From an uncultured Bacteroidales bacterium (GTDB taxonomy: Bacteria; Bacteroidota; Bacteroidia; Bacteroidales; UBA10428), in the NCBI GenBank assembly GCA_964634105.1, contig CAZWIU010000010.1, forward strand, positions 1-24,000: a stretch of DNA of 24,000 nucleotides, written 5' to 3'. Made by a program: the position numbers and the translations under genes. Under the pieces are notes generated by a model that ran no database searches, was not told the DNA's origin, and saw only the letters and a program-made list of their open reading frames with translations. This document shows, one piece after another, positions 1-7,892 of this stretch; position 1 is the first letter of the stretch, and each line of letters begins with the position of its first letter.

Positions 1-125
1 ATCAACATAAATTGTTAATATACAATGCTTTATTCCAAATTTAAGGGTCAACTAAGTAATCAATTCTGAAGCCTTTTAAGCATATTAGAACGCATTTCGT
101 GCGTAAGCAAATAGAAATATGCTGT

Positions 126-686
126 TCCCGACGAGCTTCGCTGTCAGGATTAGTTCGACATGAATTCTTCAGATCGCATGCTCATGAAGAATTTGTCTAA
201 CTGAAGCAACCGGCGGTGAGGCTGCGGAAGCGCTGAAAGAATAAATTTTGTAGATTCTTCACAAAATTTATTTTTCAAGCTTCAGCGCTGGCCGAGCGGC
301 AACCTGCCAGCCGGCAGGTTGGTTTAATATAATGTCTAATTATGCGACAAACGCTTGTAAGGAGCCAATTTCAGCCTTAAAGCCAATTTACCTATGTTTA
401 TAAAAAGCATGAAGTTTATTCCTGACGTGAGGTTGTATTAAATATAATATGAATTATACCTGAAAACTTTGGTTCAGCGATAGCTGAATGTGCGTCAGCG
501 AAAATTTGCAGATTCAAATCAAAAATGTTTTTCAAAAGAATTTTTAAAAGCATTCGGGATAGGACACCGAAAATTTGCTTTAACATAATTTCGCTATCGT
601 ACTCAGAGCCACGCCACGGCGTGGTCTTAGTACTGAAATTATGTTAATCCCGACGATAAATGTCGGGACCGCGATTTCTCTGCGGT
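126..686. other. Non-coding region densely packed with stem-loops (candidate structured RNA(s), origin/packaging site, or host intergenic repeats)
   Basis: No ORF longer than about 40 codons in 1-806. Hairpins read directly: 126-149; 157-197 (9-bp core 163-171/185-193); 229-289 (perfect outer stem 229-237/281-289, perfect inner stem 240-251/261-272); 301-320 (AACCTGCC-agcc-GGCAGGTT); 473-488; 580-647 (13-bp outer stem 580-592/635-647, plus 599-603/629-633 and 609-614/619-624); 648-668 (TCCCGAC/GTCGGGA); 668-686. Shared words: TCCCGACGA at 126 and 648, CGAAAATTTGC at 499 and 568, ATTCTTCA at 164 and 254. Confidence 0.6.
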
Positions 687-806
687 TGTCGTATAATTAA
701 TATTCGTTAAAAAACAATCTCCCTAATCTTCTGGATGATGCCCGCATCGGGGGTTTTAAAGATTGGAGCTGCTTGTCCGGGAGAAGGAGTGGTGTGTTTT
801 TCTTTT

Positions 807-998
807 TTAATAGAAATACTCAATATTTATCTCATCAGGTCTTTCAAGGATATATAACCCATATTCATACCCCTGGTATGAGCCAGTATTATTATTGATT
901 TTAATTACGGGAGGTTTAATGGTAAAACCTTCCTTTAGCAGATCAATCATTGAATTTACCTGGCTCTCATTTTCGATATAAAGTTCAACTCTTCTCAT
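807..998 (-). CDS. Hypothetical small protein (63 aa from the ATG; the ORF extends to a TTG at 1022)
   Basis: Last ORF of the leftward operon. The ORF-track start at 1020-1022 is TTG; the first ATG is at 996-998 (MRRVELYIENES...). No recognisable motif. Confidence 0.5.
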   Translation of the reverse strand: MRRVELYIENESQVNSMIDLLKEGFTIKPPVIKINNNTGSYQGYEYGLYILERPDEINIEYFY

Positions 999-1044
999 AG
1001 GGCTGTGTTTAACAGTAAACAACTTGCTATTCTATAGCTATATA

Positions 1045-1386
1045 TTATCCGCCCTTTTTCATATTGCATCCGATAGGGACGTAGGCTTCAGCATAATTTT
1101 TTAGCAGATCTTCTTCCTCCGATTTTCTATACAATGCATTGCTATTGTTATGTACATGTATATGGGAAGCACCCTTTTTGATTACGCAACCTTCACTACG
1201 ATGTGCCTCCGTACGCGTTTTAATATCGCCTTCCCCGATATAAATAGCCTTCCATCTGTTTACCTCGAATTTGCAGAAAATATAATTTCCGACCTGATGC
1301 CCTGCAAATACGGTATCAATTGGGTGAATGTAATACGTATATACCTTATGACTTGCCCCAATCCATGAGAAAGTCAAGCTGTTCAT
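1045..1386 (-). CDS. GIY-YIG-like nuclease domain protein
   Basis: GNYIF-x10-AIYIGEGDIKTRTEAH matches the GIY...YIG...R...H layout. Downstream EEEDLL....P.GCN supplies the conserved Glu and Asn. Size (113 aa) fits a stand-alone GIY-YIG domain. Confidence 0.55.
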   Translation of the reverse strand: MNSLTFSWIGASHKVYTYYIHPIDTVFAGHQVGNYIFCKFEVNRWKAIYIGEGDIKTRTEAHRSEGCVIKKGASHIHVHNNSNALYRKSEEEDLLKNYAEAYVPIGCNMKKGG

Positions 1387-1446
1387 GATTTTTAGTTTTT
1401 GATGTATATTTTATATTTAGTTGAGTTTTGTTCACTGAGATTATTT

Positions 1447-1647
1447 CTATTTTCTATACTCTTTTAACTCATCATTAAGTTCTCTGATCACCGATTTTAA
1501 TGATGTCAGCTCCGTAGTTAATTCGAAAAACTGCTGATGAAGATCCTGTAAGACATCTTTCAGCGCTTCAGCTTCTCCCTTCACATGATAAAGTTGCTCC
1601 TGGATATTGATAAGAATGTTTTCGGTATCATTATTATTCGTGCTCAT
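1447..1647 (-). CDS. Hypothetical small coiled-coil protein
   Basis: ATG-initiated 66-aa ORF in the leftward operon. Heptad-like helical sequence (LYHVKGEAEALKDVLQDLHQQFFELTTELTSLKSVIRELNDELKEY). Confidence 0.6.
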   Translation of the reverse strand: MSTNNNDTENILINIQEQLYHVKGEAEALKDVLQDLHQQFFELTTELTSLKSVIRELNDELKEYRK

Positions 1648-1666
1648 TCTCCGTTTTTAGAATAAT

Positions 1667-1894
1667 TTAAGAATCAATCTCTATATCTGTAATTGAATTC
1701 AGCGGGATAGATGCACCTTCGATGATAATTGCATCGTATTGGGGCGCATTACTCACCCGGTGGAAGCCCAACATCAGGCCTTTGACTTTCTTTCCATTAT
1801 TATAACTCACAATAACCCTTTCAAAAATGTATTGATCAATATTTTCCCTGGTATAGAATTTTTTCTTCATAAATGATCTGATGTGGAAAATCAT
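1667..1894 (-). CDS. Hypothetical protein
   Basis: 75-aa ORF co-oriented with its neighbours. Alternative ATG at 1868-1870 (MKKKFYT...). Confidence 0.6.
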   Translation of the reverse strand: MIFHIRSFMKKKFYTRENIDQYIFERVIVSYNNGKKVKGLMLGFHRVSNAPQYDAIIIEGASIPLNSITDIEIDS

Positions 1895-1928
1895 TTATTC
1901 GTGAAAACACTCAAAATCTTATCCTTCT

Positions 1929-2216
1929 TTAACGGAATTCATCACGTAACATCTGATCAATTAGTTGAATTCTCTCATTTAATTTATCAATCTTATTTAA
2001 GTCTTCAACTATTTTAAAACCAATCCTTTTTCGCTTTTCCAGTGTATCAGCCAATTCAGGCCGACCATATTTTTTTAACAATATTCCAATTTCCTCAAAT
2101 ATCCCGGCAGCTGCTTTACTATTAACTTTACCTTCCAAAAGCTCTTTGCCGTATTTTCTTGTCCAGGCTTCTAATGCTTGTTTTATCTCTTGTATTATTT
2201 TATCTTTATCCGACAT
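1929..2216 (-). CDS. Hypothetical helical protein
   Basis: 95-aa ATG-initiated ORF in the leftward operon. No motif recognised. Confidence 0.65.
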   Translation of the reverse strand: MSDKDKIIQEIKQALEAWTRKYGKELLEGKVNSKAAAGIFEEIGILLKKYGRPELADTLEKRKRIGFKIVEDLNKIDKLNERIQLIDQMLRDEFR

Positions 2217-2483
2217 AAGTGTTTCTATGCTGGTTAATCCTCAAATAGCTATAGAAGTACCTTCCCTGGGCGAACTTCTGAACAAACCTTCATGGATTGA
2301 AATCCCCTATATTAGGCAACCGGATACTGTCAGAAGGATTAAGGTCGATCCGGAAGAAAATCAGTTATGATTTTTGTTCTAAAGCGACTTGAAGTTTAAT
2401 AATTTCATTATCTGTTTCTCTGGCTTCATTTTATTTACCTTTAGTTGTATATATATTTCTGTTCTTCTTTATGAAGAAAACAT

Positions 2484-2783
2484 CTACGTTTTTATGTATG
2501 GTCTTTTTATTACAAGTTTTGAGAAATCAATTGAGAATGAATTGTCAACAACTAAGTTTTTCAATGCTTGCTCTTTTGTCTCTCCGATACAATATGGCCT
2601 AATAGTGTGAGTTCCATCTTTGGTTAAAATATAAATATATGTTCCAAATCGACTATCAAACACATCTATTAATCTGCATTCTTTTACTACTGGCGCTTCG
2701 AAACAGACAAAATAAAGATTACCTATAACAAACTCTGGTACTTTCCTATTTTCGGGAGGAATATCAATTATAGGTTTACTCAT
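2484..2783 (-). CDS. Hypothetical protein, translationally coupled to the repressor gene
   Basis: Its ATG (2781-2783) overlaps the repressor stop (2780-2782) as ATGA on the minus strand. Confidence 0.7.
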   Translation of the reverse strand: MSKPIIDIPPENRKVPEFVIGNLYFVCFEAPVVKECRLIDVFDSRFGTYIYILTKDGTHTIRPYCIGETKEQALKNLVVDNSFSIDFSKLVIKRPYIKT

Positions 2784-3115
2784 TTATTTAAAATTTCGAG
2801 GTTATTCTCACCAAACACAAGCTTTAAAACCTGATCTCTAGTATCATGTCTAAGTTTTATTTGTAAGGTAGCTTCTATTCTCTCTGATGGTCTCATATCT
2901 ATGTCGATATATTTTTTGGGATAAGTAATAATATCGATCAATTCAACTTCCAAAGCCTTTGCAAACTTGTATAAAGTTTGTAAGTCGGTTTTTGTAATAC
3001 CTCTTTCAAATCTTGCATATTGAGACTGAGAAATTTTTAATAAGTCGGCAATTTGATCTTGACTATACCCTTTAGATTCTCTAATCGCCTTTATATTATT
3101 CAGTATTTCTTTCAT
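2780..3115 (-). CDS. XRE / Cro-CI family helix-turn-helix transcriptional repressor
   Basis: IKAIRESKGYSQDQIADLLKISQSQYARFERGITKTDLQTLYKFAKALEV is a textbook HTH_3 domain. It lies divergent from the rightward operon across a repeat-bearing control region. Confidence 0.9.
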   Translation of the reverse strand: MKEILNNIKAIRESKGYSQDQIADLLKISQSQYARFERGITKTDLQTLYKFAKALEVELIDIITYPKKYIDIDMRPSERIEATLQIKLRHDTRDQVLKLVFGENNLEILNK

Positions 3116-3156
3116 AAGTCTAAAAATATACTATGCTAAAGAATTGTATTATAAAT

Positions 3157-3224
3157 TAATAGACTAAAAAATTATATTTATAGACTTAATTATTAATATT
3201 GAGTCTATAAAAGACTTATATTTG
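3157..3224. promoter_or_regulatory. Divergent control region: repeated ATAGACT half-sites (candidate operators) plus a Bacteroidota-type -7 promoter box
   Basis: ATAGACT at 3159-3165 and 3180-3186. Inverted copy AGTCTAT at 3202-3208, giving 7-bp arms 15 bp apart. AAGACTT at 3211-3217. TATATTTG at 3217-3224 matches TAnnTTTG, 42 nt upstream of the ATG at 3266. Confidence 0.55.
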
Positions 3225-3265
3225 TTATTTATAATTCCAATTTACGAACCTAAAAATGAAAAGTT

Positions 3266-3622
3266 ATGAATGTAATAGAAGTAATAACAAGTGTAATGAG
3301 TTTGCTTGCACTTTCTCTTTTGATTTTCTTATTTGCTTTAGCTATTTATTTTTCCCTTAAAGTAGATAAGGCTTCTGTAAGTGAGCCTGATGAAGATTCG
3401 TTTAATGAATCAGATTTTATTAAAGAGCTTTCTGAAAAGACCACAAGAAAAGGTCTTAAACCTGTTTTTAAAAAGATCATTTATAATATAGATGATATTC
3501 CTGAGGCGATTATTGGAATAGTAGAATCTGAAGGGAAAGAAGTTGAACTCAACTGGTCTTTTGAATCAGGTAAATGTGAAGAGGATCATGATTTTGACCT
3601 TGTAAAAATAATAGAGATATGA
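3266..3622 (+). CDS. Hypothetical protein with N-terminal transmembrane anchor
   Basis: First rightward ORF. N-terminus VITSVMSLLALSLLIFLFALAIYF is a TM helix, followed by an acidic soluble part. Confidence 0.7.
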   Translation: MNVIEVITSVMSLLALSLLIFLFALAIYFSLKVDKASVSEPDEDSFNESDFIKELSEKTTRKGLKPVFKKIIYNIDDIPEAIIGIVESEGKEVELNWSFESGKCEEDHDFDLVKIIEI

Positions 3623-3780
3623 AACGAAAATTTTCTATTGAAGGCAATCCACCGGCAACCATGGATGAAATCTTAAGGGTTAACCTTGAAGAAGCAGAAG
3701 CTTTAAAGCCTTTCCTTGAAAGCTTAAAAGTTGCAGAATCCAGGTATTTCGAAACAGCACTAATTAAACGGATGTCATGA
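3619..3780 (+). CDS. Hypothetical small protein (53 aa, below the ORF-track cutoff)
   Basis: Hand translation: MKRKFSIEGNPPATMDEILRVNLEEAEALKPFLESLKVAESRYFETALIKRMS. ATGA overlap with the upstream stop (3619-3622) and with the next ATG (3777-3780). Fills an otherwise unexplained gap. Confidence 0.5.
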   Translation: MKRKFSIEGNPPATMDEILRVNLEEAEALKPFLESLKVAESRYFETALIKRMS

Positions 3781-4229
3781 AGTTGACTTTGTTATGCTAT
3801 TCCTTGAATAGCTTAAAAATTTTGGTGAAAAAAATAATTAACAATATGAAATTAAACAGTGCATACCAACCAAGAACCTGTGATGCCCAAAAAGCAAAGC
3901 CATGCCAGGAGAATGATCTGATTATAATAAAAATTGGAGCTATAAAAAGGCAACATAGGCATAATATGATTATCAGGTATAGTCTCATACTGTTTTGGAT
4001 ATTACTTTCCTGCTCATTGATAATAAACTTAATAAACTTATATGTAACGCCGATAGCACCGAATATCGAAGCAATAAATGTTAGGATAACATACACATTG
4101 TTATCCATTATATTCCTGATCACTTCCATATCATATTTTTTTATTAGACCTACAATCTTTGAGAATTTCCAGAAATATATTAAAAAATTAACGATAACAG
4201 ATGAAAAACAATCTCAAAAAAATCCTTGA
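3777..4229 (+). CDS. Hypothetical membrane protein; strand assignment ambiguous (competes with minus-strand ORF 3797-4129)
   Basis: 150-aa ORF whose ATG is ATGA-coupled to the preceding small ORF and which keeps the operon on one strand. The antisense 110-aa ORF shares the same wobble positions and also encodes a plausible 3-TM protein. Confidence 0.4.
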   Translation: MKLTLLCYSLNSLKILVKKIINNMKLNSAYQPRTCDAQKAKPCQENDLIIIKIGAIKRQHRHNMIIRYSLILFWILLSCSLIINLINLYVTPIAPNIEAINVRITYTLLSIIFLITSISYFFIRPTIFENFQKYIKKLTITDEKQSQKNP

Positions 4230-4455
4230 AAAGCGAGGGTTCAGCAAAGTTGTGCTAACCCCGGAGTGCCTTGTTAATACGGGCCTTTACACCATGCACC
4301 GGTTCAATAAAGTGCTGAACAATGAAGGCGAAGAGCTAAAACTATCTGAGATAACCGGCCTGGCTAGCTGGCTTGGTATCGATATGAAAGAGCTTGTACA
4401 ACTCAGTTCAAAAACCAGGAGGCACGAGAGTATCCATGAGCAGACCGGTAATTAA
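4201..4455 (+). CDS. Small putative HTH (Cro-like) DNA-binding protein
   Basis: LKKILEKRGFSK...(turn)...LSEITGLASWLGIDMKELV follows the general XRE/Cro pattern. The match is weaker than for the 2780-3115 protein. Confidence 0.55.
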   Translation: MKNNLKKILEKRGFSKVVLTPECLVNTGLYTMHRFNKVLNNEGEELKLSEITGLASWLGIDMKELVQLSSKTRRHESIHEQTGN

Positions 4456-4678
4456 CCTCGATAAATCGCAGGTCGAACGTATTTCCGAATTGTTGCTGGC
4501 CTTCAGTAACAGGCTGGAAAAGGAATACTATGCATTAAGAAAACCTCTGTACCCGAAAAGCTTGTATGAGCAAAGTATTAGTGAGCAAACCAGGAACAGG
4601 CTTATTAAGGATATGCGCGACATATCCATACTTCAAATACACCTGAAATCGATCATACAACGAAAACTATGCGCTTGA
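4436..4678 (+). CDS. Hypothetical protein
   Basis: The ORF-track start at 4394 is TTG. The first ATG at 4436 (MSRPVINLDK...) is preceded by AGGAGG at 4417-4422. Confidence 0.6.
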   Translation: MSRPVINLDKSQVERISELLLAFSNRLEKEYYALRKPLYPKSLYEQSISEQTRNRLIKDMRDISILQIHLKSIIQRKLCA

Positions 4679-4983
4679 CCCGATCGCAGATTATTCAAGC
4701 CTTTAACGCATACCTGCACAGTGCCGAAAACAGGATATTGCGCTCCGGCGATAACCGTACTTACGAACGACGGCTAGTCCTGCTTTATTCATTGAAAGAC
4801 CTGGCTGTAAAAATATACGCACAGGACAATGTTTACGTTATCTGCGACCTGATTATTTCCAGGCGTTCGCAGCTCGCTGGTTTATATGACGGCCAGGAGT
4901 TTTCCGAACTGATGAATACCATTGAAAACCTTCAATTTAAAAAGTATGCCAGCTGCCATGGAAACTATTCGCTTTACCTATAA
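4669..4983 (+). CDS. Hypothetical protein
   Basis: 104-aa ATG-initiated ORF overlapping the upstream stop by 10 nt. No motif recognised. Confidence 0.65.
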   Translation: MRLTRSQIIQAFNAYLHSAENRILRSGDNRTYERRLVLLYSLKDLAVKIYAQDNVYVICDLIISRRSQLAGLYDGQEFSELMNTIENLQFKKYASCHGNYSLYL

Positions 4984-5326
4984 CTGGAATACAAGGGGGA
5001 AAGGACACCCTGGTAAGCTCGATCTGAAAGCCTTTACAACCTTAAGGTTAAAGAACGAAAACAAATACAAGGTTGGAGAATTGTACCGGGTTGTCCTGGA
5101 ACAGGGCAAAGAAGAAATAAACAAAGGCATTTTCCAGATTATCGATATCAGGATATTTCTCCTGAAAAACATTAATCATTTCGTTGCACTAATTGACACA
5201 GGCTATGATATAGAGACATGCCAGAACATGATAAAAAAAATGTACCAGGCTAAAGCAATTGACTGGGAAACACAGGAACTGATGTTTATTATCCTGCATA
5301 ATGTCTCACTCCCTGAAAACGCATAA
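4958..5326 (+). CDS. Hypothetical protein, possible ASCH/PUA-like fold
   Basis: The ORF-track start at 4922 is TTG; ATGs occur at 4946 and 4958. KAFTTLRLKN...VGELYRV...IIDIRIF...MYQ resembles the K-T-x-T-x-R / G-D-x-x-x-V layout of ASCH domains. This comparison is from memory only. Confidence 0.55.
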   Translation: METIRFTYNWNTRGKGHPGKLDLKAFTTLRLKNENKYKVGELYRVVLEQGKEEINKGIFQIIDIRIFLLKNINHFVALIDTGYDIETCQNMIKKMYQAKAIDWETQELMFIILHNVSLPENA

Positions 5327-5331
5327 CCTGT

Positions 5332-7659
5332 ATGTTGGAAGCAAAAAGCTACTTTGAAAAACGAATCTTTGATGAATTAGGCGTAACCGACGAGCTTAAT
5401 ATAATAAAGCTTTGGAATGAGTACGACGGTCGTAAATCCAAGTTTGAGGCTGAAATATTCAGTCCGGACGAGAAAGGCAATATCCGGATACTCTTATACA
5501 ATCTCGATCGTCAGGTCATCACATACGATCACCCAGGGGCTACCCCGACAAAGCCAAATATCAATAACAACAGATCACAAACTTTTTATGTAACCAGGCT
5601 TTGTGAACCGGTTACCTATACCGACAAAGAAGGCGAAATACAGGTAAAGAAATACGATATACCAAAAGGGGCGGGGACGTATCCCTTTATCACTCCCGGT
5701 ATTATTGAGAAATTCGAAAAGAAAGAAAAGATCACAACCCTGGTACTTACCGAAGGTTATTTCAAAGCCTTTAAAGGCTTCATTCACGGCCTGGACATTA
5801 TCGGCCTGAGTTCAATCACTCACTATAAGCAGAGGGATACCGGGAAAATGTATTTCGATATAATCCGGGTAATAAAGGAATGCAAGGTCGAAAATATTAT
5901 AATCCTGTACGATGGTGATTGTTTGAATATTTCAAGTACGGCCCTGGCAAAGGAGCGGGATTTATATACCCGGCCTGCCGGTTTCTATAGCAGTATTTCA
6001 ACGATCTATGAGCTGCTCAAAGATTATATAAACGACCTGAATATAAACCTTTACTTCTCCCACGTTCTGAGCGACTGCCTCCCGGAAAAGCCGAAAGGAC
6101 TGGATGATCTGCTGATCGCAGTAAAAAAGGATGTTCCGGAAGTAATCAGCGACCTGCTGCAATTCAGTAAACCAGGCCACTACTTCTATAAGGCGAATAT
6201 TACAACAGGCACAGCACGGCTCGCAAAATATTTCGCTTTTAACCATGTGAACAACTTCTATGAGCTGCACGGCTGGGCTATTAAAGACCGGAAATTCGTT
6301 TTCCGCGGGACACAATACCAGTGGAACAACTCAACCAGTGAATGTGATGTAATAATCCCCAGCGATGCAAAGAATTATTTCCGGGTAGGGGACTTTTACT
6401 ATGAATTCGTTCACATACCGAACAAATACAAGCAGCTTGAAAAGACCTTTCACCGGAGGTTAAAAAGCACTATCCTGGACGATCATAAGGCATCACCTAA
6501 TTTCCTTCGCCATATCCCTAAATACAAAGCGTTTTGCAATATTCCGGATCATGTTAACTATGTCCAGGTGCAGAACAATTGCTTTAACGTTTACGGTGAG
6601 TTTGAACACGAACCCGATAATGAAGGCAATTGCAGGACGATCCTGTTTTTTCTTAAGCATATTTATGGTAAGCAGTACCGGCTGGGAGTCGATTACATTC
6701 AGCTGCTTTACCAGAAACCAACACAGATTTTACCGATCAAGTGCCTGGTATCGCGTGAAAACAATACCGGTAAAACAACCTATATAAAGTTCCTGAAGGC
6801 CATGTTTACAAGTAATTGCACGGTTATAGGGAACGAAGAACTAAACAGCGCTTTTAATGCTAGCTATAGCAATAAGCTTATCATAGCCTGTGAGGAAAGT
6901 TTTATCGAAAAAAAAGGATCCATTGAAAAAATCAAAAACCTGAGTACAGCTGATAAGATCATGATGAATGCAAAGGGCAAGGATCAGGTTGAGATCGATT
7001 TTTTCGGCAAGTTTATCCTGGCCAGTAATAACGATGATGATTTTATATACGCTTCAAATTATGATATACGCTACTGGGTGATCAATGTGCCAAAGCCTAA
7101 AGAGGATAATGTCAACCTGCTGAACCAGATGATAGAGGAAATACCAGCCTTCCTGGCATACCTCAATAGGCGGAAACTCTCAACTACCTGTCAGTCGCGT
7201 ATGTGGTTTCACCCGGATAAAATCAGAACCAGCGCCCTGCTCAAACTGATAGAAAATAGTAAACCCCGGATCGAGAAGGAAATTAATACCAAGATCAGGG
7301 ACTTGTTTTTCAATTTTCATGATCCTGAAATCATGCTCACAACGCAGGTTATAAACAAAGAATTCTTTAATAACCGCTATGAAGAAAGCTACCTGAGTAA
7401 GATTATCCGTGAAAAATTCAACGTTGATTATTACCGTAACAACGAAGGCCGGGCCATTGCAAAACAATATCTAATCCCGCGATGGCAGTGGAATGATATA
7501 GACCAGAAGTATGAACGGTATTATGAAAAAAAGATAGGTCGGCCCTTTGTGTTTAAGATAGAACAATTCCTTACAGCGAAAGAAATTGAAGATATACAGC
7601 ACCTGTCGGAGACTATTGCCCAGCAGGAGCGCTCAAACGAATTACCCTTTGACCGATGA
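5332..7659 (+). CDS. Replicative primase-helicase: Toprim-type N-terminal domain fused to SF3 (D5 / P4-alpha / VirE-like) helicase
   Basis: Toprim Glu in LVLTEGYFKA (gaa 5752-5754) and DxD in ILYDGDC (5911-5919). Walker A NNTGKTT (ggt-aaa-aca 6769-6777). Walker B LIIACEES. SF3 motif C ILASNN. At 775 aa it is the largest ORF of the early region. Confidence 0.88.
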   Translation: MLEAKSYFEKRIFDELGVTDELNIIKLWNEYDGRKSKFEAEIFSPDEKGNIRILLYNLDRQVITYDHPGATPTKPNINNNRSQTFYVTRLCEPVTYTDKEGEIQVKKYDIPKGAGTYPFITPGIIEKFEKKEKITTLVLTEGYFKAFKGFIHGLDIIGLSSITHYKQRDTGKMYFDIIRVIKECKVENIIILYDGDCLNISSTALAKERDLYTRPAGFYSSISTIYELLKDYINDLNINLYFSHVLSDCLPEKPKGLDDLLIAVKKDVPEVISDLLQFSKPGHYFYKANITTGTARLAKYFAFNHVNNFYELHGWAIKDRKFVFRGTQYQWNNSTSECDVIIPSDAKNYFRVGDFYYEFVHIPNKYKQLEKTFHRRLKSTILDDHKASPNFLRHIPKYKAFCNIPDHVNYVQVQNNCFNVYGEFEHEPDNEGNCRTILFFLKHIYGKQYRLGVDYIQLLYQKPTQILPIKCLVSRENNTGKTTYIKFLKAMFTSNCTVIGNEELNSAFNASYSNKLIIACEESFIEKKGSIEKIKNLSTADKIMMNAKGKDQVEIDFFGKFILASNNDDDFIYASNYDIRYWVINVPKPKEDNVNLLNQMIEEIPAFLAYLNRRKLSTTCQSRMWFHPDKIRTSALLKLIENSKPRIEKEINTKIRDLFFNFHDPEIMLTTQVINKEFFNNRYEESYLSKIIREKFNVDYYRNNEGRAIAKQYLIPRWQWNDIDQKYERYYEKKIGRPFVFKIEQFLTAKEIEDIQHLSETIAQQERSNELPFDR

Positions 7660-7892
7660 GTTTTGAGAATATTGTATACCAGCAGCTCGACGCTTTAAAG
7701 CCGGGTGAACGGATCAGGCTCGATCCGAAGCATCCGAATTATACGCGGTTTGTCGAACTGGCAAAGGAATACATCGATACGCACAAATACGGTAACGGGA
7801 TTGAGTTTTCAGCCGATTACCTGGTAGTAAAGAAACAGAGCTGGCCAGTAACAACACAAAGAAAGATACTTAATGCAAAGGATTCCAAATAA
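7656..7892 (+). CDS. Hypothetical protein
   Basis: 78-aa ORF with an ATGA overlap onto the primase-helicase stop (7656-7659). Confidence 0.7.
   Translation: MSFENIVYQQLDALKPGERIRLDPKHPNYTRFVELAKEYIDTHKYGNGIEFSADYLVVKKQSWPVTTQRKILNAKDSK

Noticed and set aside
505-525. tRNA or tmRNA gene in the 1-806 region (GATTCAAATC resembles a T-loop; AATTATGCG resembles an NYA tag start at 338-346)
   Set aside because: The flanks of the T-loop-like word cannot form a T-stem. No acceptor, D or anticodon arms could be built. The tag-like frame has no ALAA-stop ending.
1150-1368. Plus-strand 72-aa ORF antisense to the GIY-YIG-like gene; small ORFs inside the SAM-MTase gene (one same-strand out of frame, the rest antisense: 9759-9986, 9869-10054, 9874-10056, 10087-10287); the Dam-like gene (8147-8380); and the BNR gene (some same-strand out of frame, some antisense: 20898-21134, 21046-21303, 21436-21624, 21667-21852, 21948-22148)
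   Set aside because: All lie within motif-supported CDSs, either antisense or same-strand out of frame. None has an independent signal.
2146-2610. Plus-strand ORFs 2146-2370 and 2389-2610 in the leftward operon
   Set aside because: They overlap the minus-strand genes 1929-2216 and 2484-2783, and their translations are odd and hydrophobic. The stretch 2217-2483 is more likely an internal non-coding spacer of the leftward operon.
5575-7467. ORFs inside the primase-helicase gene, three antisense and one same-strand out of frame (5575-5787, 5998-6315, 6551-6787, 7180-7467)
   Set aside because: All lie entirely within a motif-supported 775-aa CDS, and none has a motif of its own.
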